Origin: Patellaria atrata CBS 101060
Taxonomy: Eukaryota
DNA: 64,000 nt
Reading direction: 5' to 3'
Assembly: GCA_010093705.1 (NCBI GenBank)
Contig: MU006089.1
Location: 1,971,561-2,035,560 of the forward strand
The notes beneath the pieces are model-generated. The model did no database searches. It was not told the origin of the DNA and saw only the letters and a program-made list of their open reading frames with translations. The translations under genes were made by a program, and so were the position numbers. Shown here in pieces: positions 24,091 to 38,693 of this stretch. The first letter of the stretch is position 1; each line of letters begins with the position of its first letter.

Positions 24091-25065
24091 TTAGACGCAT
24101 ACTTCATGAAAAGCATGCCATTGAAGTTCAGTTTTGCCATTGCTTGTATCCACAAGTTGTCTCTTTCTTCCCACGGGTGTCATGGCTTTGTTATCTAGAA
24201 GTTTGCCACATCTTGAACATTTAGCTTTCCAAAGATCGGCATAGGAGGATATCATATTCTAAGACGTCAGTAATTGTTAACATATCTTGATGGGGAACCT
24301 ACAAGAACATCTTCCAGGTTATTGAAATGTGGTCTCGTGGAAAGAAATCTATTTATAGCCCTATGTGTTTCAGAAGACCCAACACATTCAACCCCATACG
24401 TACCCTTGTTCCCTTGCAATTCCTTTCTGGTGATTATAAAATTCATGAGCATCGTTGGTACTCTGAATCGAACCTCTATGACGCTATTCTGCTTGCTCCC
24501 GTCGGTCGTGGTTACGGTGAATTTAGGATAGCCGACCTTAAAGGCGTCAATGAGGCTACTAATATCTTCATCGCGGCGACAGCTTGATTGTTCAGCCTCG
24601 ATGTCTCCTTTATTCTCCAACTCATCTTCGGATTGAAGCCAGCCGTATTTCGGGATATTGAGACCACCACTTAGGTTCTTACTCCTCTGCTCACTCTCCT
24701 TTGCCGCCCGGAAAATATCCTGGGTTTGCTGGTCCGCCCAAGTAGCTTTGAAATCGCTGATATCTTTGGTTCTTTGAATCCCTGCTTGACTGAAATCATG
24801 GAAAAGCTGTTCTGGTGTTGCTGGGCTGGATATGAGAGGCTGGATAAGGCTTGCAATTGCGAAACGAAGATCCTGTATCTTGGGAGAATGTTAGATAGAC
24901 TGTAGCTAGAAAATTTAAAGAAAATCTATGCAATACTTCACGTACTTGGTTCTCTAAACGTTCTAGATGGGCGAGAGCTGTCCTACAACGATCCTCGTCC
25001 CAATCTCTGGGCTGCACTTGAGGATCTTGTGAAGTATCAACGGTGTGCGAAATCGCTGACGGCAT
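24091..25065 (-). CDS. MED27: Mediator complex subunit Med27 (fungal)
   Basis: N-terminal WDEDRCRTALAHLERLENQ; the spliced C-terminus RPHFNNLEDVL-NMISSYADLWKAKCSRCGKLLD..WHAFHEVCV carries a CxxC..HxxC zinc motif. Confidence 0.8.
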
Positions 25066-25692
25066 CGCAGAGTTGAGGGATTTGGCAAATGTTCAGGGAA
25101 TCGGATTGTTTCTTTGATGATAATACTCTAAGGTAAGGTGCTAAATGTGGTGAGTGAGCGTGTGAGCAATCATGATGTTTTCCCCACACTTTCATGGTCA
25201 GGGACCGAATTGTTTGCTTGTCTGCGAGGCAATGATGCTATGGTCTCAATTCACATTGTACACATTCCCACATGTTCTATTCATAGGTAATGAGAAACCG
25301 AATCACTTTATATTTTGCTAGTTGGGAATTAGGGATATTGGATACGGGATGAGGCATGGAGTCATCAATTTTCTTCGTTATTTTGGTCTACGGAGCTGGA
25401 ATACTGAGGATGCCACAGCTAGTGTACAAGTCCTATAATCTTCGACACGCTATATCGCGGCAGGATGCTTGAATACTTTGGCTTACCCGGAGCTATGCTA
25501 TGCATACTCCCTTGGTCTAAGGTCCACCGGTGCGCTATAGATTTGAGCCCAGGGTGCATTGCTCCCTCTCTCTTTAGCATTTTTCTGCGGCTACCGATCC
25601 GATTGTGAGTATTAATCCAACATAAGATTCTCGATTTCAACACCTGGAATTTCGTCGTTAGTAGACAAGCCTATTAGTAGTGTATAGAGAAC

Positions 25693-27028
<1,336 letters not shown>

Positions 27029-27335
27029 ATTGTCCGCACTCTATAAATATGCGCAAGTGACTGCGCGGCAGAAATGGTCCCTGATATAACAGTTGAGAAC
27101 CTTTAGTTGCAAATTATTTTTCCAAAATCTAAATGCAACCTGCGGAAGATCTGCGGCTAGTGACCCATGAGTTCGGGAAAAGTTCGGTAGAGCTTTGAAG
27201 AGAGCTAAGGTTCTTTGCGGAGCTCAAGCTCGTACAAGGCTTCTTTCATTTTACAACAACAAAGCCTCGTTATCGATTGAACCTTAATGAGCTCTTACAT
27301 CTTCCTGAAGGAGCTACGAAGTTCAAAGTTTGGTC

Positions 27336-28451
27336 ATGCCCTCTCGTTCACCTACTCCCAGAGACCGAAGTCTCTCGCGCGGCCGTTCGTGTACTAGGTC
27401 TCGATCGCGATCGCGAACACCTTTGTCGGATGCTCGATCACGCTCCCCTCGCCGTTCAATCTCCCCTCGGTCGTTGTCTCACTCTAGAAGCCCAAGCCGC
27501 GCATCGAGCCCTCGGGGAAGCCGGTATGGGAGACGCAATGGGGACCGGATGAGCAGAAGTCCAGTTAGAAATAGGAGCAGAAGTAGGAGTAGGAGCCGAA
27601 CGCCTGATCGTCGTGCAAGGAGAGAACCAAGTCGAAGCTACTCTAGGAGTCCAAGTCGCAGTCCACCTCCAAGGAGCTCCAAGGTTAGTACTGTCTATGC
27701 AATTGATCTATGTCCAAGAACTGACGTCTTCGCAGATCGTCGTCGAAAGGCTTACAAAGAACGTGAACGAAAGTCATCTTCGCGAGATCTTTGGGACCTA
27801 CGGCATTATCCAGGATGTCGATCTCCCCATGAATCGACAATGTAAGCGCATCACCTTCCACTACTTCTCCAAAACACTAGCTAAACACGAACAGTTATGA
27901 CCAACCGCGGAACCGCCTATATAATGTACCACACGACCGCATCCGCAGAATCCGCAATTGCGCACATGCACGAAGCTCAGATAGACGGCGCAGTCATCAG
28001 CGTCTCCATCGTCCTCCCTCGCCGGCGCTTTTCTCGCTCACCACCTCCCCGCGTTCATGGTGGCGCCTTCGACCGCTTCGAGCAGCGCAACGGCCCATCA
28101 GGAGGATACCGCGGGCCACCTCCCGGCGCCGGAGGTGGGCGTTACAGGTCTCCGCCACGGCGACGCTCCCCACCTCCGCGGGGCTACGGTGGTGGACGAG
28201 GTGGCAGGGGCTGGGGAGACAATTCTTACAGGCCACGGTCGTTCTCGAGGTCACGCAGCCCGAGGAGAAGTAGATCGAGGAGTTTTTCCTCGAGAAGCCC
28301 CTCAAGGAGCCCTCTACCGAGGAGGAGGGGAGGTGGGAGAGGCTATGGGCGAAGGAGCAGCCCACCGAGGTCTGGAAGAGGCGGGAGGAGAAGCCCGAGC
28401 TATAGTAGCTACAGCGATCGTAGCCGCAGCAGGAGCCGGCGAAGACGATAG
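27336..28451 (+). CDS. RNPS1-like RS-rich RRM splicing factor
   Basis: RS-rich termini; RRM IVVERLTKNVNESHLREIFGTYG..NRGTAYI..AIAHMHEAQIDG; two introns (about 27684-27736 and about 27842-27893). Confidence 0.88.
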
Positions 28452-28643
28452 AGGGTAAGTCAAATGAAGCAGTGTACGAATAGCTTGGAATCACGATGAA
28501 TAAGTAGGGGATCCGATTTCCTTAACGTCATGGCTCTAATTCTAAGCGTCGCTTCCAGCACCAAAAGACCAAAATCAACCATACGGAGTGGTATGGCGGC
28601 AAAATCCTTCTATGTACAACAATAAATAAGAGATTCCCCTAAT

Positions 28644-30198
28644 TTACCCTACCACACCATTAGCCCTAAGACTCTGAATCTCCTCATCACCCAGCCCAAC
28701 AAGCTCCTTCAACACCTCATCGGTATGCTGACCCAGCGTCGGCGGCGCCGTCCTGACCCCAGGCGTCGAAACCGAATACTTGACCGGCGTATTCACCAGC
28801 TCAATCTTCCCACACGCCTCATGCTCGACCTCGACGACCATGTTGCGCGCTCTGACATGCTCGTGATTGAGCGTGGTCTGCACATCGTTGATGGCGGCAT
28901 AGGGCATCCCGCTGCCATCGAAAACCCGCAACCACTCTTCCGTCGTCTTCTTGCGTGTTTCGGTCTCGATCATAGCTTCTAGCGTGTCTCTGTTCTGAAC
29001 CCGCACGTTGTTCGTCGCGAACCGTGGGTCGCGGCTCCACTCTAGCTTTCCCAGTCTCTCGCACAGCACGCCAAATAACCTGTCATTCCCGCCGCCGATC
29101 AATATATCGCCATCCTTTGTCGCGAAGGCGCGATAGGGCACGATAGACGGGTGTGCGGTGCCCCATCTACCGGAGTCTTTTTGCTTACTGATGAGGCAGG
29201 AACTCGCGATGTTAGCTAGAGTTGCAACCTGGCAGTCGCTCAGGGCCACGTCAATATGCTGACCAGCACCTGACTTCGCACGGCCGAGAAGCGCAGCCAT
29301 CACCGCATTGGACGTATAGAGACCGGTTGTGAGATCGGTCACCGCGACTCCGACTTTGACGGGAGGGCCGTCGCGTTGGCCGGTGATGTGCATGAGGCCC
29401 ATTTCACTAGTTAGAGAAGTTAGTGATAAAGGATAGGAGGGTGTCTAGGGGAAGAATTACGCCTCGACCATGACATCGTACCCTGCGCGATTGCTGTAAG
29501 GACCTGTTTGGCCGTATCCTGTTATGCTTGCATAGATTATATTCGGGTTCACCTTGGCCACGCTCTCATAGTCCATGCCATACTTTTTCAGCGCGCCAGG
29601 TAAGTAGTTCTCTACTAGGACGTCGCAGTCCTTTGCCAACTTGTGTAGGATATCGACTCCAGCGGGATGAGCGAAAGAGAGTCCGATGGACTTCTTGTTA
29701 CGGTTGACGGAAAGAAAATATGCGCTCTCTCCTGAACCTTTATGAGGGAGATCATCTTTCAGATGTTTTGCGTAAGGCGGGCCCCAAGCTCGTGTGTCGT
29801 CGCCCCTGGTTGGGTGTTCGATCTTGATGATTTCGGCGCTATTGAGCGGGCCCATTGTCAGTGATGAATGTACGTAAGGTGCCAACTATAGAGGAGTTGG
29901 TTCATACTGGGTATCTTGAACCGTACCCGAGATCGCCTAGAATTTGCGTACAGTATGGCTATCGTTTTGTGAGCAAATGGGTATGAGATAGGGGGTGGAG
30001 GAAGGTCATACTCCAGCAAGCACACGAGTCATATCAAGAACACGCAGTCCAGCTTGATCAATCAGCTCGGAATAGCAGAAGTTATTGAATTCAAACACAC
30101 ATACCCAGTGGGAGCGATTGTGTGCTAGGAGAACTGGCATATTGTCTCCGCCGTACTGTTGCAGAGCAATTGGTGTGGGAAAGAGCTCTACGCAACAT
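28644..30198 (-). CDS. CoA-transferase family III (CaiB/BaiF; SUGCT-like), probably mitochondrial
   Basis: MLRRALSH presequence; [51 protein letters not shown]..RAGYD and PTLGQHTDEVL. Confidence 0.93.
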
Positions 30199-30655
30199 CC
30201 TCGAGGTCAATGGCACTAGAGACGAAGATATCTTTTCAAATCTCACGCTATCTTCTCCTACAACATTCAATTAGTCTCTCCCCAGTGCTTGGACCTTTTC
30301 TTGAAGCTCCGAGAAACATACAATGCCTCGGTTCGCTCTCTTAGGTTTGCAAGGGAAGATGGACTTCAGATGAAAGACCAATTCAACCACGGAAGATGTG
30401 ACAAACTATATTCGGTCCGCAAGGTGTTAGTTGTATAGTACAATTGGGTCTACTCTACGGAGCTAGGTAAGGTACTCTTGTATCTTCAAGCTCCTGGTCC
30501 GCTTTTCCACCTTTAAATGTTCTAAAGGCTCCGCCGGAAGCCCCGCTATCCCGCATTTGACCGCGGAGGAGCTTTCATACAAAAGTATCATTATTTCTTT
30601 TGTGATATGTATGCGCCTCTGTTACATTCCAACTTTGATATTGTCTTAGGGAAAC

Positions 30656-31453
30656 ATGTTTACCGGAATTGTCGAAATCTTAGGCAGTAAGCCACAGGGC
30701 ATGCCGAAATATACAAAAGACTTCAGCTAAGCTAACAGGCGTCGGTTGTCTCAGTACTGGTAACGACGGCGGCACAAATTTATGGATATTGAACGCTGAA
30801 GAGATACTTGGGGACTGTCATCTAGGCGACAGTATTAGTGTCAATGGTGAGTAGAACACTACAACTGCACGTTGGCATGGCAGCTAAATCTTCCCGCAGG
30901 CACCTGTTTAACAGTCACCGAGTTCGACAAGTCAACCTTCAAAGTCGGCGTAGCCCCTGAAACCCTTCGAAGAACCAACCTTGGCTCTCTTACCCAGGGC
31001 TCGAAGGTCAATCTCGAACGTGCGGTCTCCGCCTCTACCCGGATGGGCGGCCACTTCGTGCAAGGTCACGTAGACACCGTAGCAAAGATCCTCTCGGTGA
31101 CGCCAGACGGCAATGCCCTTACTTTTCGATTACAACCGCGAGATACTTCTGTCCTAAGATATGTGGTCGAAAAAGGCTATGTCACCTTGGACGGTGCCAG
31201 TCTTACAGTCACCCAAGTGAAAGATGGTGACGACGGTTGGTGGGAAGTTATGTTGATCGCATATACACAGGAACGAGTTGTCATGGCAGCTAAGGAGCCA
31301 GGAGACCTTGTTAATGTCGAGGTAGATATGGTAGGGAAGTACGTCGAAAAGAGCGTGGAAGGTTATTTCGACGGGAAGGGGGCAGGCGACATTGCCATAC
31401 TGGAAAAGATGGTTCAGAGATTGGTAGATGAACGACTGTCAAACCGGACTTAA
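30656..31453 (+). CDS. RIB5: Riboflavin synthase (alpha chain)
   Basis: MFTGIVE N-terminus, GDSISVNGTCLTV, VNLERA, GGHFVQGHVD, KGYVTLDGASLTV and VNVEVD; introns 30687-30738 and 30847-30899. Confidence 0.96.
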
Positions 31454-32645
31454 GCATTCGGTCTGTCTTCCGACACTGATAGGTGAGCATTAGGGATCTG
31501 TGGCAATCCCCTAGATTCGCTGCGATTGTTGGGCGAAATTCGAAGTGGAGGGTTTGAAAGGGACATCAACGTTTGCCCAAGTCGAATCAATCGTCTGAAA
31601 CAATGAGGCGACTTGAATGTCTGACGTCGTTCACCCGATTTGTGTATCTTGACGCGTCTATCCAATGTGAGGCTGAGTGAGGCGAAGCAGCCCAAGCGGA
31701 CAATCGCATCAGGTATCAAACCAGGCGGCCTCCGATATATAAAGTCCAATAGATGCCTATCGCCTGTTCACGCCTTTCATCAGACTTCATTCTCCAACCT
31801 CTACCTAAGTACCAGTTGCTTTGCTTGGTGGGAGAAAACCCACTGTTGTTTATGGCTAAAGCACAAGTCCTACCATGAGACCTCAGGTGATGCCCAGGGA
31901 GTCCACGCACGAACTCCCTGGAAAAAGACGACCTCTTCTGCGCTTCACTTTTGCTTAGTCCTTTGATCTATGTATGAAAGACTCCATAGCGAGATACAGT
32001 CAGCAACGGGGAGATGTCGATGTCAAAGGTTGTACTGCCTCAGACACAGAGCACTCCAAGGAGATGGAGGGTGGAAGAGGCCTCACCTACGGTATGGATT
32101 ACCTCCTTGAAGAGCGGACCGACCGTGCGAAAATCCAACCTAATCTGAACTCAAAACCGAAGACTATAAATTCAGAAATGCATGCATGGACCTACGTTCT
32201 CTGTGAAAGGACGAGAATCCGTTATTCCATGACATGCATATTGGGGAGAATGACAAGAAAGAATTGATGTAAAGCCGCTATTTGGGGGCCAAAATGTAAG
32301 AAAGAAAAGGTTGATTTAGTCAATATGAAGAATTACACAACTTTCCGGTGGGCACGCTAGGGATTATCTACTGATTCTACTCGCTTTTCGTGCAGCTGAG
32401 GGCTCAAGGGCTGCATATCCCAAACTTCATCATTGGTCTCTTTCTCTTTGTTCGCCTAGTTACACGTCGACACTGAGGCTCCAAAGGATTCTCTGATTCT
32501 CTCTGATCGCCCCAGTCGGCAGACTCAAAGTCACACTTGACGTACTTCACTCATTCTACTTTTTTCACCTACTTTCGTTCAGCATGTCATAGCGTCGTCT
32601 CGTTATGATATATTCACTATATCTTTTGTTCTGTGACTCTCCGCT

Positions 32646-34644
32646 ATGGATTCGCTGTTGGACCACGCACGGAAGGCCGAGGACACAGCCGCAGGCCTGT
32701 GCAAGTTCTTAGATGAAGTCCCACAGTCAGCAACAGATATCACTGCCATAATGAGCGAGTTGTTTGCAATCAGTTCGGGACTTCGTACTCTACATAATGG
32801 CCTCGACTATTCTCGTTATGGCCGTTACTCCACTAGGATCGTGGAAGACCTTAATCTTGTTCTTTTAAGCATTCAATATACGCTGGCTTCGGTCAAAAAG
32901 TCGTTTGGCCAGACCAGGTTCAAAGATTCTAAAGGCGTTCCTCCGTACAAGACGATATTGGAAGACCTCCAAGCATCGTGTTTAGACGAGGGCTCCTCCC
33001 TATGCGAGCGATTGGAAATATACCGTGTCTTCATCATAGGATTATTCGACGTCTTGAGGGGGTAAGTACAAACAGCGACGGACGGATTTGGAGAGCTGTA
33101 GTCTAACCATTAACAGTGAACTTCCCAGTAATGATATGAACTTACTTGGAAAGGAACTTGCAAGACTACTTGAAAATCAGGAGCGAATTGAACCGGGAAC
33201 TCTTCGCAGAGGTATGATGCGATCAATAGTTCTATACTCTCGTTATAAAGTTTGCTCTAAGACCGTCCTTTCTAGCTCATTATAATGATAAAAACTAACA
33301 TAATGCACCAAGAGCCTAGAAAGCCTTCAAGACCGCAAATGCATCAATATCCAACCTACCCGACTTTTCCCATCAATCCTATGCACTCTCCATTAGCACC
33401 ATCCTATGATCCTTGGGATCAGTACGCTCCACCTCATGCTCCAGAAGCGCCCATCTCGCCAACTTTCTCATCATCATCAAGCCTCACTTTTTCTTCCAAC
33501 CAAACATTCTCTACTGCGAGTTCTTCCATTACCAGAGTGCCCCACTGGGCCAGAAAAGTATTTGATGGTCGACACTCCGCGACACCATTCCGAAGCGCTG
33601 GCTCAACGTACAATGAGTCCTCCAGATTGTATCTCACATAAAACATACTAACTCAGGTCTAGTACGAGGGCCCTAGGCCGCGATGAACCCGGAGCCGAGG
33701 ATCGATTGCTTGCGGACGAATTTCAGCAGGTTATCGAAATGCATGTTTGTCTCACCCCGTAGCTATATACTAGAAAACTAATAGAGATAGACCCTTCTAC
33801 GGAGTGGAAATAATGGTACGCTTGTACTGGAGACCTAAGGACCATCGGGCTCGCATCTTGATCCTAGACAAGGACCACTTCCGCCGGAAATTACAGTTCT
33901 GCATTCCTTTGACGGCACTGAAAGTGCAAAGGGAGGGCGCATGCCTAAAGCTCTGCCGAGTCAATCGAGATAGTGGCAAACTGGATTTGTGGGCGAATTT
34001 GAAATTCCCCCTGTACGAAAGTAAGCCGATATACTCAATCGTATTCAAATGAGACTCGACGCTTAACAGTCCTCTAGGAATGGTACTATTCTATTCCGCC
34101 TTCATCGCGATGAAGCATCAAGACTTGGCACCGGTTGCAACCGGCTTGGAGGATTGGTTCCAACAAGGCGAGCGAGAAATGGAACAAGAGGAGTTTGGCG
34201 GGTGAGTATCTCCAGTCAACAATGTCAAATATATGCAGAACAGCTAACCCAACCCAGCAAAATCGAGGACGACGACCTTCTGCTCGCTTTCCGCATTTGG
34301 CGGGACCGCGACTCGGGATGTGTCAGATTCGAGACGACGCCGTTCCGAGGTCGAATGAAGAAAATACCGATCTGGACAGCATTTGTGACGCAGTATATTG
34401 GAATCAGGTCGTGGATTGAACGCGTGGATTCGAAAAGGGTACAGTTAAGAGAACTGCATCCGTATATTTTCTGTGATAACTATAAGCCTCCGAGGAACAT
34501 TTCGGGCTTCTTCGAACTAAATTTTAAGACTAGAGACGGTAAGTCACCTTTACTCCACTCCCTTTCTCTTTAGTGATGATGTACTAATGATATGTAGATG
34601 CTGACGGGTTCGTCGACACATTTCGCTCCTTTCGTAGGAAATGA
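32646..34644 (+). CDS. Conserved-looking fungal hypothetical protein (helical N-terminus, Pro/Ser linker, beta-rich C-terminus), multi-exon
   Basis: Successive ORF fragments join through canonical introns plus one GC-AG intron; segments VRLYWRP..RARIL, LWANLKF..YE and IPIWTAFVT. Confidence 0.72.
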
Positions 34645-35204
34645 GACGGTGAGGAGCGATTTAAGTATGTTTAACGGCCAGGCTTTGACGACGTTTACGA
34701 GCGACGAGGATATTTTATGAGGTATCAATATAGTTTATGTCAGTAATGATATGATTTGATGGCTTTTCGATGACGGATCGGTGGTTGTTCCTATCTACAC
34801 CTTTAGATATCTCTTGGAGTTTTTTCTATGACTAAATTCAACTCTCAATCGCCTGTTGAATTCAATCTCCACCCATAGTTTAAATCTTCATAAACAATCT
34901 TTTTTCTCTATGCAAAAGAGTGATGTGGTCTAGGATTTTTCCTACGTATAATTAACGGGTTGTAAAGAAATTCTCAAAAGAGAATAAACCTCAGATCAAA
35001 ATCTACAAGAGACAATATCTGTCACTCTAAAGGATAGACAAGCTCATCCACCACCTTGAACGTGTAGAGAATACTACCGTCTCCCATCGATCTTTCCCTT
35101 CTTGCTCTTTTTCCCTTCTTGCTCTTCTTCCAATTTAACCAGTACATCCAAGGTAACTTCATTCTTTCCAGTACCTTAGTATCACAGTTCTTCATATCAC
35201 CTCA

Positions 35205-36578
35205 ATGGGCGGAGTCACTTTCATTCCTAACCAAACAGCGGATGAGGCCATTCTATCCGGTGACCGAAGCACTCTGCAAAGCAGCGTGTCGATACTCCTC
35301 ACAGACATATGGATATTAATCAAGAATTTGCGCTATGTACCTACTACCTTTCTCCCATTGACATACTTCGAAGAACATACTGCCGTATCCCATGACCGCA
35401 CAGCCGACATAAAAGAATTGTCCATCAATCTCCTCATATTCCTAGTGGAACTCATACTACTCCTAGCCACCCCGCCAGCGCTTCTACTCCTCCCAGGCTG
35501 GGAATCCCTTCTATACCTCACAGCCGTCTACGCCATCTCACGTATCCTGACCCATCCCACCAACGGCCCTAATATGATCGTCACCTCCCTCCCACCCTCG
35601 AAACCCCACTTCCCCACCGAAAAGTGGGTTTTCATAAACGGCATGGGAACCTCCCACCGCTCTCTCCAGCTCTCCTGCGACGCCCTCAGCGCCACCTTCC
35701 AGCGTCCTATAACCGGGCTCCACGCCCGCACCCACGGCGCCATCGCCGACATGCTCCAATCCCTCCTCCAGCACAGCCTCAACCTCCCCACGAGCCCCAC
35801 CCGCATCGCATTCTCCCTCCTGAAACCACACCTCCTCGACCCCGGCGTCACCAAAGTCGCGGTCCTCGCCCACGGCCACGGCGCCCTCGTCCTCGCCCTC
35901 ACCCTCGACAAACTCCTTCTCCACGTCCCTTGGCGTGCGCTCGGGAAACTCGAACTCTACACCTTCGGCTCCGGCGCCGCTTGGTTCAACAACCCCGTCA
36001 CCGCCGCCTTATCCCCCGACCCCGATACCAACAACGATGAAACATCCACCCGCCCCCCCACCACCGTCATCCCGGTAATCGAACACTACGCCAACGAATC
36101 CGACGCCATAGCCCGCAGCGGCGTGCTCCACGGCACCCGCACATGCGCCGGACAGCGGTACGCGGGCCGGGTGTTCGTGCGCAAAAACGCCGCCGGCCAC
36201 GCGTTCCGGACGGCGTATCTGGGTGATATGTTTCCGGCCTCTTCCGCGACGGAGGCGAGGCCGAAGCTGAGTCGGTTTCTGGATCAGATGGTCGACGTGG
36301 ATTTGGGGACTGCTGGGCGGAGGGCGGAGAGCGTGCAGGATATAGGGGGAATGGGGTCTGCAGGGGAGGGGGAGAGACCGCTGTTGTTGAGACGGTGGAC
36401 GAGGAGGACGAGTGTGAGGCGGGAGATGGAGGGCGCGGTGGAGGAGGGAAGTGGGAGGACGGTTAGGCAGTTGAGTCGGTTGTGGGCTTATGTGGGTGGG
36501 GGCGGGGGGAAGGGGGATGTGGTTTGGGCTGGGGAGAGATGGGGAGGGGAGGGTATTTGGGGGGAGACGAGGTGGTAA
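35205..36578 (+). CDS. Membrane-anchored alpha/beta-hydrolase-like hypothetical protein (degenerate nucleophile motif)
   Basis: N-terminal TM segments; EKWVFINGM, VLAHGHG, KLELYTFGSGA..FNNP, IEHYAN..D and GH motifs. Confidence 0.75.
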   Translation: MGGVTFIPNQTADEAILSGDRSTLQSSVSILLTDIWILIKNLRYVPTTFLPLTYFEEHTAVSHDRTADIKELSINLLIFLVELILLLATPPALLLLPGWESLLYLTAVYAISRILTHPTNGPNMIVTSLPPSKPHFPTEKWVFINGMGTSHRSLQLSCDALSATFQRPITGLHARTHGAIADMLQSLLQHSLNLPTSPTRIAFSLLKPHLLDPGVTKVAVLAHGHGALVLALTLDKLLLHVPWRALGKLELYTFGSGAAWFNNPVTAALSPDPDTNNDETSTRPPTTVIPVIEHYANESDAIARSGVLHGTRTCAGQRYAGRVFVRKNAAGHAFRTAYLGDMFPASSATEARPKLSRFLDQMVDVDLGTAGRRAESVQDIGGMGSAGEGERPLLLRRWTRRTSVRREMEGAVEEGSGRTVRQLSRLWAYVGGGGGKGDVVWAGERWGGEGIWGETRW

Positions 36579-37182
36579 GGACGGGATCCTGGGTTGCGTG
36601 AATGAATTGGTGGGTTAATTTGTTGCGGGTATGTGCAGTTTAAAGACTCTATGATGGTGAGGTGTTACCCTAGTAGATGGATTATGACCTTGCTATCGTT
36701 CAAAAATGTGTATAGGATGGTCTCGTGAGGTGCTAAGGGATGCACTTCCATCGTGGCTGGAAAAGGGGGTATGAACGTGTCCCTGTAGGACGATTATAAC
36801 TGTCGGTGGCCGATATGGTTCTATATCACCATGGTCAGGTTTGATTCGAAAACATTTGCATTCTCCTCAACTAACTTAAAGATTGAAGGGATCGACATTG
36901 AAGAAGATATGGAAAGAAAAGAGATAGAATAGTGCATCTCATCGAAGCCTTAAAAAAGAAGGTCGACGACTGTCGTATTGGGTAGTCATGGATGTCAGCG
37001 TTAAGTAAGAAACATATGTCGTTTGGGATAATATTTATGTATGCTCGTCAACAAAGCAGATCAATCATCAGAAGCGGCTTTGATTAGCCGGGATATCATT
37101 TGACCAGATCCTGCGCCAGCAATGTTTATTTCGTAGACTCAGTCCTAGAGCTTTACCTCTCACACCATTTTCAATTCCTAGT

Positions 37183-38118
37183 CTATTTCTTGGCAGCACT
37201 GGACTCCTCAGCCTTAGCCTTCGCTCTCTTCTCCCTAACACCAACAAGTCTAGCATCAGACCTAGCAAGACGAAGGGTCCTATAAACGTTGTCACTAGTT
37301 GCCTCGTAGTCTCCAATAGCACCCTCCTCGAACTCGACAGCATTGGTGATCGGGAGAGCGGCTCTAGCAGTGCGAACGATATTGTCACCACTCTTTGCCG
37401 CCTTGACATCCTCCTTACTAGCATCACCAGTCTTGGTTTGACCGCTACGACGGGGGAAGAGGATCAAGCGCTTCCTGTACTCCTGAAGACGTTCAACATT
37501 GACCTTGAGAGACTCCTCAGAAAGATTGGCCCGGCGAGGATCGACAGCGATACCGATGGTGGGCGCAAGCTTGCGAGGAATACCGGCAGCCTGAGAGTAG
37601 TTGGGTAAGTATATAAAAAGTGGAAGAAGGATTGATATAGCTTCGATGTACCTTCAACTCTGCGAGCGAGAAACCCCGACCGGGTCTCACACGGCGGTTA
37701 TACTTGATACTAAATTTCTATCAGCTACTCCACCCAATGTACGTGCTATGACAGTATACATACGTCGGACAACGGACGATTGGCCTCAGTTTGTCAACGG
37801 GACGTGGAGCAACAGCGGCAGCCTTCGCAATACGCGCATTTCTACGGCGTTGCTTGCGTCCGGGCTATATCCATCATGTCAGAACCGGTGTTTCCCAATT
37901 GTGTTTTTTTCCATTTCGATTTCGTAGGTCCGCAATGAAGATGCAGGCGCCACTACTCTCAAATGAATGAGAGGGGAATTACCTGATCAAAGTGCACGCG
38001 CACACGGCGCTGCCAGTCCTTGCGGAAATGGTTCTTCTGGATCTGCTGATTATGCTTGACTGAGTATTGTTAGCTATAACAATCATTCAGAAGAGATAAG
38101 AAGCATATTACTTGTCAT
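37183..38118 (-). CDS. RPL13: 60S ribosomal protein L13 (eL13)
   Basis: Exons encode [56 protein letters not shown] and [18 protein letters not shown]. Confidence 0.96.
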
Positions 38119-38693
38119 GTTTGCGGTTGATCAACCTCGGTGTCGTTGCAGCAGTTGTCAATGTCGTTTCGAGACTCGATTTTGTGGTGGATTGTGGAAT
38201 TTCGATGGTTTGATCTCGCTTGTCTGTGCCAAGCCTGCAGAGCCTCAACAACCCTTTTTGAAAATTAAAAACTTACAAAGGTATTATTACTGTAAGGACG
38301 GGAGTCATGTGGGTCAGAATACGTAGGAAGGTAGAGAGGTAAGGAGGCTTTTTTTTTCCTATCAACCTATCTACACAGTAGCCCTTCCTCCTATTACTGC
38401 GGGAATTCTTCTTCCGCACACACAGATGATTGCCTTCGACCATGTTTCCGAAGCCAATACGGTAAACAATCAATACGACCGCAAAACAACGTAATCAAGG
38501 GATATTCCCCATCGTAACCCTTCACATTCAGTCATGATAGCTGAACATCACAGCTGAATAGCCCATATAAGACCTCGCAATCATCGTGATGGTCCTCGCA
38601 AAACATAAGGATACTCTCATATAGTCCTCATCATCGTCATTATCATCTCGCAAAAATAGATGTTTGTCTGCATCAACAGGTACGGATATGGAT

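Noticed and set aside
37866..37982. Intronic snoRNA in RPL13
   Set aside because: No convincing C/D or H/ACA box pair seen.
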